From Minisyncoccota bacterium (lineage in GTDB: Bacteria; Patescibacteriota; Minisyncoccia; Phycocordibacterales; JACRKE01): a DNA stretch of 64,000 nt. Of this stretch, positions 9,167 through 18,050 are shown piece after piece. Below the pieces are notes generated by a model. That model made no database searches, had not been told where the DNA came from, and was given only the letters and a program-made list of their open reading frames with translations. Position 1 is the first letter of the stretch. Every line of letters starts with the position of its first letter. The stretch is taken from assembly GCA_041660505.1 (NCBI GenBank), contig JBAZWG010000002.1, positions 868 to 64,867 on the forward strand, written 5' to 3'. A program made the translations under genes and the position numbers.

Positions 9167-10264
9167 ATGAATAGAACAAAAAGAGTAGATGTGATACTAG
9201 CCACACTTACCGTGCTATTGGTCACGATCGGCTTTCTGGTATTCGCCTCCGCTTCTATGGGTTTGCTATCCAGGGGTGGAGCCAATTATTCCTTGGTATT
9301 AATGAAACAGGGTGCTATTGCGCTCGCCGGTATTGTTTTGCTATTTTTCCTCGCTACGAAGATCCATTATAAATTCTTTCAGCATTATGCCACGGGGATT
9401 TTTTTCTTAACCCTTATACTCACTATTCTAGTTTTCATTCCGCACATAGGTTTCAGCACCAAGGGAGGTACGCGCTGGATAGATCTCGGTTTCGGCACTA
9501 TTCAGCCATCGGAATTTCTAAAGCTCGGCACGGTACTCTTTTTGGCTGCTTATTATGCGAAGATAAAGACTCACGTGACTTCGTTCACAAAAGGCTTTCT
9601 CCCGTTTCTTATTACTGTCGCAGTTGTCGGCGCGATAATACTTAAACAGCCGGACACGGGGACATTCCTGGTGGTCGTTTGCGGTGCTACTGCCGTTTTT
9701 CTGGCTGCAGGCGGGCGCTGGTTGCATTTAGCTATTTTCGCATTGGCGGGAATAATTCTTGCTGCCGGTCTTGCTACCGTATACCCGCATGTGCAGGACC
9801 GTATTAATACTTTTTTGAATTCAAAACAGGGGACTCTGGATACTTCGTACCATTTGCGTCAATCGCTCATAGCCATAGGTTCGGGGCAGATAATTGGCCG
9901 AGGCTTCGGCCAGAGCGTGCAAAAATTCAAATATCTCCCGGAACCGATAGGTGATTCCATATTTTCTGTATTTTCCGAGGACTTCGGCTTTATCGGCTCA
10001 TCTGTTCTAATTCTATTGTTCATGTTCTATTCCTTGCGGGGGCTTCGTATCTCCGACAGGGTGCCCGATCAGTTCGGTAGACTTCTTGGTATAGGAATTG
10101 TTATACTGATAGTGTCACAGTCGTATATAAACATAACGGCTTTGACCGGTATTATCCCGCTTACCGGAGTCCCGCTTGTCTTTATAAGTCAGGGCGGTAC
10201 GGCTCTGTTAATGGCGTTCATTGAAGCGGGGATATTATTGCAAATTTCTAGACATACTCAATAG
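9167..10264 (+). CDS. ftsW: SEDS-family peptidoglycan glycosyltransferase FtsW
   Basis: QPSEFLKLGTVLFLAAYY and an ~10-TM profile; positioned between the Ddl-like gene and murG. Confidence 0.85.
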   Translation: MNRTKRVDVILATLTVLLVTIGFLVFASASMGLLSRGGANYSLVLMKQGAIALAGIVLLFFLATKIHYKFFQHYATGIFFLTLILTILVFIPHIGFSTKGGTRWIDLGFGTIQPSEFLKLGTVLFLAAYYAKIKTHVTSFTKGFLPFLITVAVVGAIILKQPDTGTFLVVVCGATAVFLAAGGRWLHLAIFALAGIILAAGLATVYPHVQDRINTFLNSKQGTLDTSYHLRQSLIAIGSGQIIGRGFGQSVQKFKYLPEPIGDSIFSVFSEDFGFIGSSVLILLFMFYSLRGLRISDRVPDQFGRLLGIGIVILIVSQSYINITALTGIIPLTGVPLVFISQGGTALLMAFIEAGILLQISRHTQ

Positions 10265-10266
10265 TT

Positions 10267-11400
10267 ATGAAAATATTATTTACCGGAGGGGGAACGGGTG
10301 GACACTTTTATCCTATTATCGCTGTGGCGCAGGAACTTGCACGGCTATCGGAGGAAGAAAAATTCGTAGCACCTCAACTCTACTTCATGTCGAACGGCCC
10401 GTACAACAAACGAGCGTTATTCGACAACAGTATCGCCTACATTTTCGCGCCGGCTGGTAATCAAAGAATATATTTTTCACCAAAGAATATCTGGAATCTA
10501 ATAAAAACATTTTTTGGTATTTTGGGCGCCATCTGGAAAATATATCTCCTGTATCCGGATGTAATCTTCAGCAAGGGCGGGTACAGCAGTATCCCGGCGC
10601 TCGTAGCGGCGCGGGTATTCGGAATCCCGGTTGTTATCCACGAATCAGACAGTGTCCCTGGGCGTGTTAATCTCTGGGCGGGCAAATTCGCCGTCAAGAT
10701 TGCCGTATCGTACCCTGAGGCAGCCAAGTTCTTTCCACCGGACAAGACCGCGGTCACCGGCAACCCAATTCGTAGAGATTTCTTCTCTCCGGCATATTCC
10801 GGAGCGCATGAGTTCTTCGGCTTCGATCCGGCATTGCCGGTGATCTATGTGACGGGTGGCTCAAGCGGGTCTGCAAAAATGAACGACACGCTTGTCGACA
10901 CACTTCCACAGCTAATAGAGCATGCCCAAGTCATCATACAGACAGGCAAAGACTCTTACGAAGATATCTTGAAGAGAGTGACCTATATACTTGAAAAGAC
11001 GGGTAAACAGTCTCGCTGTAGGGTTTATGACTACGTAAATACATCGGCCTTGCGCATGATCGGCGGGAGTGCCGCAATAGTTATCTCACGAGCCGGATCT
11101 ACGATCTTCGAGATTGCCGCATGGGGCATACCGAGCATAATCATCCCGGGCGATGAGAGTGTCTTTCATAACGACCATCAACGCAAGAACGCTTACGCTT
11201 ACGCGCGCACCGGTGCATGTGTTGTCATAGAGGACAAGAATCTGCGTCCGAATATATTATATTCGGAAATTGAACGTATTTTGCAAAGTCAGGAGGTGCA
11301 AAAAAATATGCGTGAGGCGGCCAAAGCATTCGCGGACGATAAGAGCGCGCAACGTATAGCGCGAGAACTCTTAACGATTGCTTTGTCACATGAAATATAA
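10267..11400 (+). CDS. murG: UDP-GlcNAc:lipid I N-acetylglucosaminyltransferase (MurG)
   Basis: N-terminal MKILFTGGGTGGHFYPIIAVAQEL (GGGTGGH) signature; 377 aa. Confidence 0.9.
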   Translation: MKILFTGGGTGGHFYPIIAVAQELARLSEEEKFVAPQLYFMSNGPYNKRALFDNSIAYIFAPAGNQRIYFSPKNIWNLIKTFFGILGAIWKIYLLYPDVIFSKGGYSSIPALVAARVFGIPVVIHESDSVPGRVNLWAGKFAVKIAVSYPEAAKFFPPDKTAVTGNPIRRDFFSPAYSGAHEFFGFDPALPVIYVTGGSSGSAKMNDTLVDTLPQLIEHAQVIIQTGKDSYEDILKRVTYILEKTGKQSRCRVYDYVNTSALRMIGGSAAIVISRAGSTIFEIAAWGIPSIIIPGDESVFHNDHQRKNAYAYARTGACVVIEDKNLRPNILYSEIERILQSQEVQKNMREAAKAFADDKSAQRIARELLTIALSHEI

Positions 11401-12667
11401 GTTTGTAATTATATATTTTTTGCTAATTCTGGCGCTGACTCCGCTAGCCTCAACTGTTGCGCAAACTGCCGATCTACAGAGTAAAATAGACGACAAAACC
11501 GCCCAACTTAAAAAGCTAGATTCAGAAATAAAGGCGGCAAGCTCCTTGGCTGCCAACGCCGGCAAAGAGGCAACCACGCTGAAGAAAACGCTTGCTGGCC
11601 TAGACGCGTCGCGTAAGGCACTCGAACAGCAGATAACCACTGCGAAAAAACAGATCGGTGCAACACAGGGTACGATTAAAAATTTGAATGTTTCGATACA
11701 GGCAACAACCAAACAGCTAGAATTACGCAGAAACATGGTGGGGGAGACTGTGCGCATATTGGCCGAGACAGAATCAGCATCTCCAGTAGCCGTCTTCCTT
11801 GGTTATGATTCTATGGGTGCTTATTGGGCTTATGAGCAAGGCGTAGAACAAATACAAAAGAATCTCACCGCCCGTATCATAGAGGCCAAACAGACTAAAG
11901 AATCCCTTGACCAGAACAAGACAATACAGGAGAGGGAGAAGGCGCGCTTAACCGATTATTCCGAACAAGTTCAGGATAAGAAGAAGATTGCCGAAGCGAC
12001 AAGCCAGGAAAAAAAGGCTTTGCTCGACGTGACGAAATCAAAAGAGGCCACTTATCAGAAGCTTCTGCTGGAGAAGAAGAAGGAACGCGAGGCCGTAGAA
12101 GCCGAATTACTTGATTACGAAGCGAGGCTTTCATTCACCCTCGACCCAAGTTCTATACCCAAGGCAGGTACGAAGGTATTTAAGTGGCCAACACAAGGCG
12201 GAGTTATAACCCAACTTTTTGGCAATACTGCGTTCTCTAGGACTACTACAGCCTATAACGGTAAGGGTCACAATGGCATCGATATAGGAGTGCCAATAGG
12301 TACACCGGTTTACGCCGCCGCAGACGCAGTGGTGCGCGGTTTCGGCAATACAGACTTAAACTGCAAGGGAGCCTCCTATGGCAAATGGATACTATTAGAT
12401 CATGCCATGAATATGAGTACTCTCTATGGTCACATGTCGCTTATCTCCGTTACCGAGGGACAACTCATTAAAGCTGGGGACAGAATAGGCTACAGCGGCA
12501 ATACCGGATACTCAACCGGTCCTCACATTCACTTCTCATTGTTTGCTAAGGCGAGTGTCAATATAAGCAAGCTCCAGAGTCGAGTGAGGAGCTGTGGTGC
12601 ATATACCCTGCCCGTAGCGTCCTTTAGCGGCTATCTGAATCCAACTTCATATTTGCAGATGCTGTAG
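11390..12667 (+). CDS. secreted coiled-coil / M23 (LytM) metallopeptidase, EnvC/NlpD-like
   Basis: Start moved to ATG 11390 (the ORF-track start is TTG). Signal peptide MKYKFVIIYFLLILALTPLASTVAQ, then a long coiled-coil, then an M23 domain (GKGHNGIDIGVP..TPVYAAADAVV..YGHMS..GNTGYSTGPHIHF). Confidence 0.8.
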   Translation: MKYKFVIIYFLLILALTPLASTVAQTADLQSKIDDKTAQLKKLDSEIKAASSLAANAGKEATTLKKTLAGLDASRKALEQQITTAKKQIGATQGTIKNLNVSIQATTKQLELRRNMVGETVRILAETESASPVAVFLGYDSMGAYWAYEQGVEQIQKNLTARIIEAKQTKESLDQNKTIQEREKARLTDYSEQVQDKKKIAEATSQEKKALLDVTKSKEATYQKLLLEKKKEREAVEAELLDYEARLSFTLDPSSIPKAGTKVFKWPTQGGVITQLFGNTAFSRTTTAYNGKGHNGIDIGVPIGTPVYAAADAVVRGFGNTDLNCKGASYGKWILLDHAMNMSTLYGHMSLISVTEGQLIKAGDRIGYSGNTGYSTGPHIHFSLFAKASVNISKLQSRVRSCGAYTLPVASFSGYLNPTSYLQML

Positions 12668-12686
12668 TTTACGATATAATAATATT

Positions 12687-12923
12687 ATGCCTAAAAAATT
12701 TTATACAAAAAGGGGAGTGTCTACACTTGGAATCATCGTAATCATCTGCGCTGTTATAGCGCTTCTTGTGTTCTTTAAGACAACCACATTCGACGAGGTT
12801 AAACAGCTTGGTATTGATGTCGGGCAAGGAGCCGTCGCCGTTCTCAAGGCAATCTGGTATCAGGTCATTATGCCGATCGTAAACTTTCTTCTGACAATTT
12901 TCTCGAGAGTCGTCCATAAGTAG
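12687..12923 (+). CDS. small hydrophobic membrane protein (hypothetical)
   Basis: 78 aa with two predicted TM helices. Preferred over the overlapping antisense ORF 12669..13106. Confidence 0.4.
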   Translation: MPKKFYTKRGVSTLGIIVIICAVIALLVFFKTTTFDEVKQLGIDVGQGAVAVLKAIWYQVIMPIVNFLLTIFSRVVHK

Positions 12924-13131
12924 GAGAGTGATGATCAGCGTATCCTTGTTAGAATTTATAGGCTGGCTAGCATTCGCAATAATCCTTGGAGGGGCCATTA
13001 CCATCTGGGCAATGGATAAGATAGGATAGCCCCCTAGCCGCCATGACCTTTTCCGACACACCGTGTCGCAAAAGATATATTCTACGACATGTATAGTATT
13101 ATACAATACCGCTCCCCTCTAATAAATAAGC

Positions 13132-13581
13132 CTACTGGAGGCCTTTGCAATTTGCGGCCGGTGTGTACCCCTTTGCTCGTGCCTCAGCCACTGAAGCAAA
13201 ATATATTTTATTTGCGGTACTGATCCGGTTAGCACCTCCGCACCATGGATAGTAATACTTGGTACCCCCTTTCGAGGCCACAAGAGTGCCTCCTGTCCCC
13301 TGCTTGGGTTCAGAAGGTCCAGACGCTTGGCTTCCGGGTTCCGTTTTGAGAAGCCGAGCGTCTTGAGCCGGTACGGGTTCGCTTATTGTTACGGCCGGCC
13401 TTTGTTTGTTTAGATTAGCAATAAGCCCTAGCTCGAATGAACCTACAGCCACGAAAATAACCAAAACAGCCAGAAACAGGCGTGAATCCAGGAAGTGTCG
13501 CACGGTGGACAGAAATCGGTCTAGGCGTCCTGTATTGCCCTCCTCGTCGAACTTGATTATTTCCCCCGAATCTGGTATCAT
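13132..13581 (-). CDS. membrane-anchored protein with a C-terminal Ada-like zinc-binding ('sunset'-type) domain
   Basis: Start set at ATG 13581, which a TGtGATATAAT box precedes by 7 nt on the minus strand. One TM helix (LFLAVLVIFVAVGSF), a Pro/Gly/Ser linker, and a C-terminal YYYPWCGGANRISTANKIYFASVAEARAKGYTPAANCKG that resembles the Ada N-terminal metal-binding fold. Confidence 0.55.
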   Translation of the reverse strand: MIPDSGEIIKFDEEGNTGRLDRFLSTVRHFLDSRLFLAVLVIFVAVGSFELGLIANLNKQRPAVTISEPVPAQDARLLKTEPGSQASGPSEPKQGTGGTLVASKGGTKYYYPWCGGANRISTANKIYFASVAEARAKGYTPAANCKGLQ

Positions 13582-13600
13582 AATACCCATTATATCACAC
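13579..13600. promoter_or_regulatory. bidirectional promoter with overlapping -10 hexamers on opposite strands
   Basis: Plus strand: TTATAT sits 9 nt before rpmA ATG 13605. Minus strand: TGTGATATAAT sits 7 nt before ATG 13581. The two -10 elements overlap in the same ~12 bp. Confidence 0.4.
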
Positions 13601-13604
13601 CAAT

Positions 13605-13877
13605 ATGGCACATAAAAAAGCAGCCGGTTCAACAAAAAATCTACGCGACTCAAACCCAAAGTATCTTGGCGTTAAGATTGGCGACGGTCAGACGGCTAAG
13701 GTTGGCAATATAATCGTCCGCCAGCGCGGAACTCGCGTCTTGCCGGGTAAGAACGTCTTAATGGGTACAGACCATACCCTTTTCGCCTCTAAGGACGGCA
13801 AGGTCAAGTTCGGCACGAAGCGCAAGACCCACTTCGATGGCACAATCAATCGCCTCCCTATCGTCAGCGTAGAATAG
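13605..13877 (+). CDS. rpmA: 50S ribosomal protein L27
   Basis: [24 protein letters not shown]...IIVRQRGT...GTDHTLFA is a near-canonical L27 sequence. Confidence 0.9.
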   Translation: MAHKKAAGSTKNLRDSNPKYLGVKIGDGQTAKVGNIIVRQRGTRVLPGKNVLMGTDHTLFASKDGKVKFGTKRKTHFDGTINRLPIVSVE

Positions 13878-13879
13878 CC

Positions 13880-14320
13880 TTATAGCGCAGTTATAACCAC
13901 TCGAACATGAGTGGTTTTTTCGCCCGCCTTAAGCTCTACTTGATGCTCGCCAATATGCTTGAGCGGCTTCTCGAGGACAACGAATTCTGCCGGAACAAGA
14001 ATGCTGTGCTTTGCAAGCTCTGTAACTATCTCGTCTTTATGTATGCCGGCAAATAAACTGCCGGTCTCTGTTGCTCTGGATTTGAACGTTAGCGTCAAGC
14101 CTTCTATTATTTTGAACTTGGTGAGGAGTAGCTCTTCTGCTTTCTTTTTATCAAGATGACCTTCTTCGACTTTCTTTTTGGCCCAGGCCTCCTTAGCCGG
14201 TGTAGCGACTTCTGCCAGTCCGTTCTTTACGAGATAATTCCTGCCATAACCGTCAGACACATTCTTGATCTCGAATCTCCTGCCGACATCTTTTATATCT
14301 TTAAGTAAAACAACCTTCAT
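13880..14320 (-). CDS. rplI: 50S ribosomal protein L9
   Basis: [40 protein letters not shown] is the canonical L9 N-domain. Confidence 0.9.
   Translation of the reverse strand: MKVVLLKDIKDVGRRFEIKNVSDGYGRNYLVKNGLAEVATPAKEAWAKKKVEEGHLDKKKAEELLLTKFKIIEGLTLTFKSRATETGSLFAGIHKDEIVTELAKHSILVPAEFVVLEKPLKHIGEHQVELKAGEKTTHVRVVITAL
13895..13920 (+). terminator. rho-independent terminator for rpmA (inside the 3' coding end of convergent rplI)
   Basis: aaccactc-gaacat-gagtggtt followed by TTTTTT; it lies within rplI codons ...EKTTHVRVV. Confidence 0.6.
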
Positions 14321-14327
14321 ATATTTA

Positions 14328-15644
14328 TTATTTCCAGAGGGAATTATCTTTTAATACTGCGAGGGCCTTATCGAACTGCGGATCAATCTTCTTGTCTACA
14401 TTATCTTTTGTAATCGTCACAGGATAGTCCGGTGTGAGTCCGGAGTCGGAGATTGATCGGCCCTTTGGGGTAAACCATCTGGCGATGGTTATTTTAGCTT
14501 CCGTATCGGTCGTTATTGGAATAAGTTCTTGCACAGAACCTTTACCGAAACTACGCTCGCCAATCAATTTCGCCACTCCCTCGTCCTGCAAAGCTCCTGC
14601 GAGAATTTCTGAAGCCGAAGCCGAACCTCTATCTATTAATATCGCTATCCGTGGAACACTCTTTAGTTGAGAAACGGTACCGCGACTTTTGTGCTCCTTG
14701 GTTATTGCATTCGCTTCGGACCCCGAACGTTCGCTTACAACAACCCTCCCTGCAGGCACGAACCAGCTCGCGATATCTACGGCAGAATCAAGATAACCGC
14801 CTGGGTTCCCGCGCAGATCCAGGAGGAGTTTATCAGACCCGGAATCGACGAATTTCTGGAGCGCTTGACGGAATAGGTCTGATGCCTGCGCGGAAAAATT
14901 ATATAGTCTGATAACAAATATTCCGTCGGGGCGTATACCCTCATGACCTTCCGCATTACCGATTATGCTCGAGTTCCCTTCTATGCTTATAGTCGGAATA
15001 ACTATGGTGTCGCGAGTAATTGTAATATCTCTTTGAGGTTCTCCGTTGCGGCCAATCGTAATCTTCACTTTCGTTCCCTTCTCTCCCCTGATTTGTTGCA
15101 CTGCGACATCAACAGGCAAATCGGCGGCGGATTTATCGTCGATTTTTACAATTCGATCGCCGGACTTGATCCCCGCTCGAAATGCGGGCGTATCCTTAAG
15201 CGGAGCTACGACGGTCAGAGCTCCATCACGAATGCCGATCTCCATACCGACTCCGCTAAAGCTGCCATTAACTTCGTCCTGGAATAACTTAGCTTCTTCC
15301 GGCGGGAAGAACACGGTATAAGGGTCCCCCAGAGACTTGAACATTCCCTCGATAGCGCCATAAACTCGATCTTGACTCGTAATTTTTTTTGCATCAGTGC
15401 CGGTGGCCATATTACCGAGCCCTTGATGTGTTGCGACATAATGGTCGTCAATAGCCTTCCATGCCTGCCAGAAGGGGGCGAAGTCGACATCCTGTGGTTG
15501 ATCCTGATTTTTATTGAGAACGCCCAGAACTTTATCCGTAAGCGGTTTGTTAGAATACCCGACATATGCGCCGGCCATGAATGACGCTCCTAAAAGGAGT
15601 ATGACTGCGCCTATTAATGTTACTTTCTTACCATAAGGTGTCAT
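14328..15644 (-). CDS. ctpA: carboxy-terminal processing protease (S41 family, PDZ-containing)
   Basis: N-terminal TM/signal, PDZ segment ([13 protein letters not shown]), S41 motifs LDLRGNPGG and [13 protein letters not shown]. Confidence 0.85.
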   Translation of the reverse strand: MTPYGKKVTLIGAVILLLGASFMAGAYVGYSNKPLTDKVLGVLNKNQDQPQDVDFAPFWQAWKAIDDHYVATHQGLGNMATGTDAKKITSQDRVYGAIEGMFKSLGDPYTVFFPPEEAKLFQDEVNGSFSGVGMEIGIRDGALTVVAPLKDTPAFRAGIKSGDRIVKIDDKSAADLPVDVAVQQIRGEKGTKVKITIGRNGEPQRDITITRDTIVIPTISIEGNSSIIGNAEGHEGIRPDGIFVIRLYNFSAQASDLFRQALQKFVDSGSDKLLLDLRGNPGGYLDSAVDIASWFVPAGRVVVSERSGSEANAITKEHKSRGTVSQLKSVPRIAILIDRGSASASEILAGALQDEGVAKLIGERSFGKGSVQELIPITTDTEAKITIARWFTPKGRSISDSGLTPDYPVTITKDNVDKKIDPQFDKALAVLKDNSLWK

Positions 15645-15696
15645 TTATACAGTATCTCATGTAGACGGGAAAATTTCAACGCGTTATACTATTCTA

Positions 15697-16617
15697 ATGA
15701 TTACCAGCTATGACATGCACGGTACCACCTGGGTAGACCTCGAGAAGCCGTCCAAGGATGAATTGTTCGGGCTTAAAGAAGCTTACAATATCCACCCCAT
15801 TGTATTGAACGAACTCAGTGAACCGTCTCTGCGCACAAAAGTTGATCTATATCCGAATTACGCCTATATGATCTTCCGCTTCCCTTCTCTCTTGAGTAAT
15901 GGGGATATCCACGACACGGAGGAGCATGAAGTTGACTTCATCGTCGGCAAGAATTTTTTGATAACGGCGCATTATGAATCGATAGAGCCGATTTACACAA
16001 TGGGCAAATATCTGGAGACCGGCGCAATGCTAAACAAAGACAGGCAAATCGAACATGCCGGCTTTTTATTCTACGCAATAATGAAGCGCCTTTATCAAGC
16101 ATCAGAAGATGACTTAATACACCTGCGCCATCATATTAAAGACACCGAGGAAGCAATTTTCGCCGGCAATGAACAGAAGATGGTGGAGGAAATTTCCAAG
16201 TTAAATAGAGTACTTATCAACTTCTGGTGGTGTACGCGAACGCACGATCAATTACTTTCTTCATTCGAAATCGTCGCCAGGAATTTCTGGGGAGAGTCTT
16301 TCCACTACTATCTTCATTCGTTATCCGGGGAGTTTTCTAAAATAGACAAAATGATAGATGGTTATAAAGAAGTCGTCATCGGCCTGCGCGACACGAACGA
16401 CTCACTTCTGACGACAAAAACTAATCAGACGATGAAGGTGCTCTCGATGGCGGCGGCCACTATCCTACCCATATCGGCGATAGCATCGATATTCGGGATG
16501 AATGTCCAGCATATGCCGTTCGTCGAACTTAAGTACGGGTTCTGGGCAGTCATTCTGCTTATGGTTTTGCTTTCTGTCGCCGGTATGGCATACTTCAGGT
16601 TCAAGAAATGGATATAG
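15697..16617 (+). CDS. corA: CorA-family Mg2+/Co2+ transporter
   Basis: C-terminal two TM helices with the GMN motif (IFGMNVQHMPF); 306 aa. Confidence 0.85.
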   Translation: MITSYDMHGTTWVDLEKPSKDELFGLKEAYNIHPIVLNELSEPSLRTKVDLYPNYAYMIFRFPSLLSNGDIHDTEEHEVDFIVGKNFLITAHYESIEPIYTMGKYLETGAMLNKDRQIEHAGFLFYAIMKRLYQASEDDLIHLRHHIKDTEEAIFAGNEQKMVEEISKLNRVLINFWWCTRTHDQLLSSFEIVARNFWGESFHYYLHSLSGEFSKIDKMIDGYKEVVIGLRDTNDSLLTTKTNQTMKVLSMAAATILPISAIASIFGMNVQHMPFVELKYGFWAVILLMVLLSVAGMAYFRFKKWI

Positions 16618-18035
16618 TTTTTACCAATACCCTATCTAGGCAAAAAGAGATTTTTAAGCCCATTCGTGAGAACGAGGCGGGTGTTTATTACTGCGGGCCG
16701 ACGGTTTACTGGACGCAACATATCGGCAATCTGCGAGGCGCAACCTGCGCGGATTTGATTGTGCGCGTTCTTAGATATAACAATTACAATCTTAATTTCG
16801 TTCGTAATTATACCGACGTCGGACATTTAACAGGAGACAATATTGGCGATGCCGACACTGGCGAAGACCGCATGGAGAAAGCGGCGAGACGCGAGGACAA
16901 GTCACCCGACGAGATCGCTAGAACATACATAGAAAGATATGAACAAGATACTAAAGAGCTCGATTTATTGGAGCCGACTCATAAACCGCGTGCAACAGAA
17001 CATGTTCAGGAGATGATAGAAATAGTAAGGACTTTACTGAAAAAAGGCTTCGCCTACGAGACTGATCTAGCGGTCTATTTCGATGTTTCCAAAGCTCATG
17101 ACTATACTCGCCTATCCGGTCAGGATTTAGATATGAACAGGCCTGGCGCCGGCACGGGTGATACGGAAGATCCAAACAAGAAACATCCCTTCGACTTCGC
17201 TATATGGTTCTTCGCCGCGGGCGCGCATGCAAACGCTCTGCAAACTTGGCCATCCCCCTTTCATTCAGTTTTGGTCAAGGACGGTACAGGTTTCCCCGGC
17301 TGGCACATAGAATGTTCGGCTATGAGTAAAAAGTACCTCGGCCCGACATTCGACATCCACATCGGCGGGATAGAACATATACCGGTGCACCACACCAACG
17401 AAATCGCCCAGAGCGAATCGGCGAACGGAGTGCGCTATGTTAACTATTGGCTTCACAATGAGCACCTTCTGGTCGATAACAAGAAGATGGCTAAGACAGA
17501 AGGTACTGCATATAGTTTGAATGAGGTTATAGAAAAAGGCTTTTCTCCCCTCTCGCTCCGATATCTATTCTTGACCGCGCACTATCGTTCTTCGCAAAAT
17601 TTTACTTGGGAGGCGCTCGGGCAGGCGGAGACAGCGTATAAAAAACTTCTGGGTTTTATCGAAGAACACAGATCAGACGAGCTGGGATCTATTATAGAAT
17701 CATATGAACAATCATTTCACACTGCGATCAATGACGATGTAAACATCCCGAAGGCGCTGGCGGTAATGTGGACAATGATTCGAGACCAGAAGCAGAAATC
17801 TGGAGATATAGTCGCTACTTTATATCAATTTGACAAAGCATTAGGGTTAAGACTTGCTTATACACAGGAAGATATGCCCGAAATTTCGCAGGAGCTTGCC
17901 GATTTACTAGCCCAGCGTAACACTGCGAGGGAAAATAAGGATTGGATTAAGGCCGACGAACTGCGCAATAAAATAGAGTCACAAGGATACATAATTAAAG
18001 ACACTGACAAGGGGTCAAAGTTGATTAAACGGTGA
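16608..18035 (+). CDS. cysS: cysteinyl-tRNA synthetase
   Basis: [17 protein letters not shown] (HIGH region), class I architecture, and a KMAKTEG variant of KMSKS; 475 aa. Confidence 0.9.
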   Translation: MDIVFTNTLSRQKEIFKPIRENEAGVYYCGPTVYWTQHIGNLRGATCADLIVRVLRYNNYNLNFVRNYTDVGHLTGDNIGDADTGEDRMEKAARREDKSPDEIARTYIERYEQDTKELDLLEPTHKPRATEHVQEMIEIVRTLLKKGFAYETDLAVYFDVSKAHDYTRLSGQDLDMNRPGAGTGDTEDPNKKHPFDFAIWFFAAGAHANALQTWPSPFHSVLVKDGTGFPGWHIECSAMSKKYLGPTFDIHIGGIEHIPVHHTNEIAQSESANGVRYVNYWLHNEHLLVDNKKMAKTEGTAYSLNEVIEKGFSPLSLRYLFLTAHYRSSQNFTWEALGQAETAYKKLLGFIEEHRSDELGSIIESYEQSFHTAINDDVNIPKALAVMWTMIRDQKQKSGDIVATLYQFDKALGLRLAYTQEDMPEISQELADLLAQRNTARENKDWIKADELRNKIESQGYIIKDTDKGSKLIKR

Positions 18036-18041
18036 TATACT
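18033..18041 (+). promoter_or_regulatory. extended -10 promoter TGaTATACT, 9 nt upstream of the dnaB ATG (near-leaderless)
   Basis: TGATATACT overlaps the cysS stop; ATG at 18051. Confidence 0.4.
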
Positions 18042-18050
18042 GATTGCCTT

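Noticed and set aside
12669-13106. 145-aa minus-strand ORF overlapping the small membrane protein gene and the following intergenic space
   Set aside because: Low-complexity, non-protein-like composition. It overlaps a plausible plus-strand TM protein in operon orientation, and its 3' part covers an obvious terminator-like hairpin (cgacac-acc-gtgtcg). Judged a shadow ORF.
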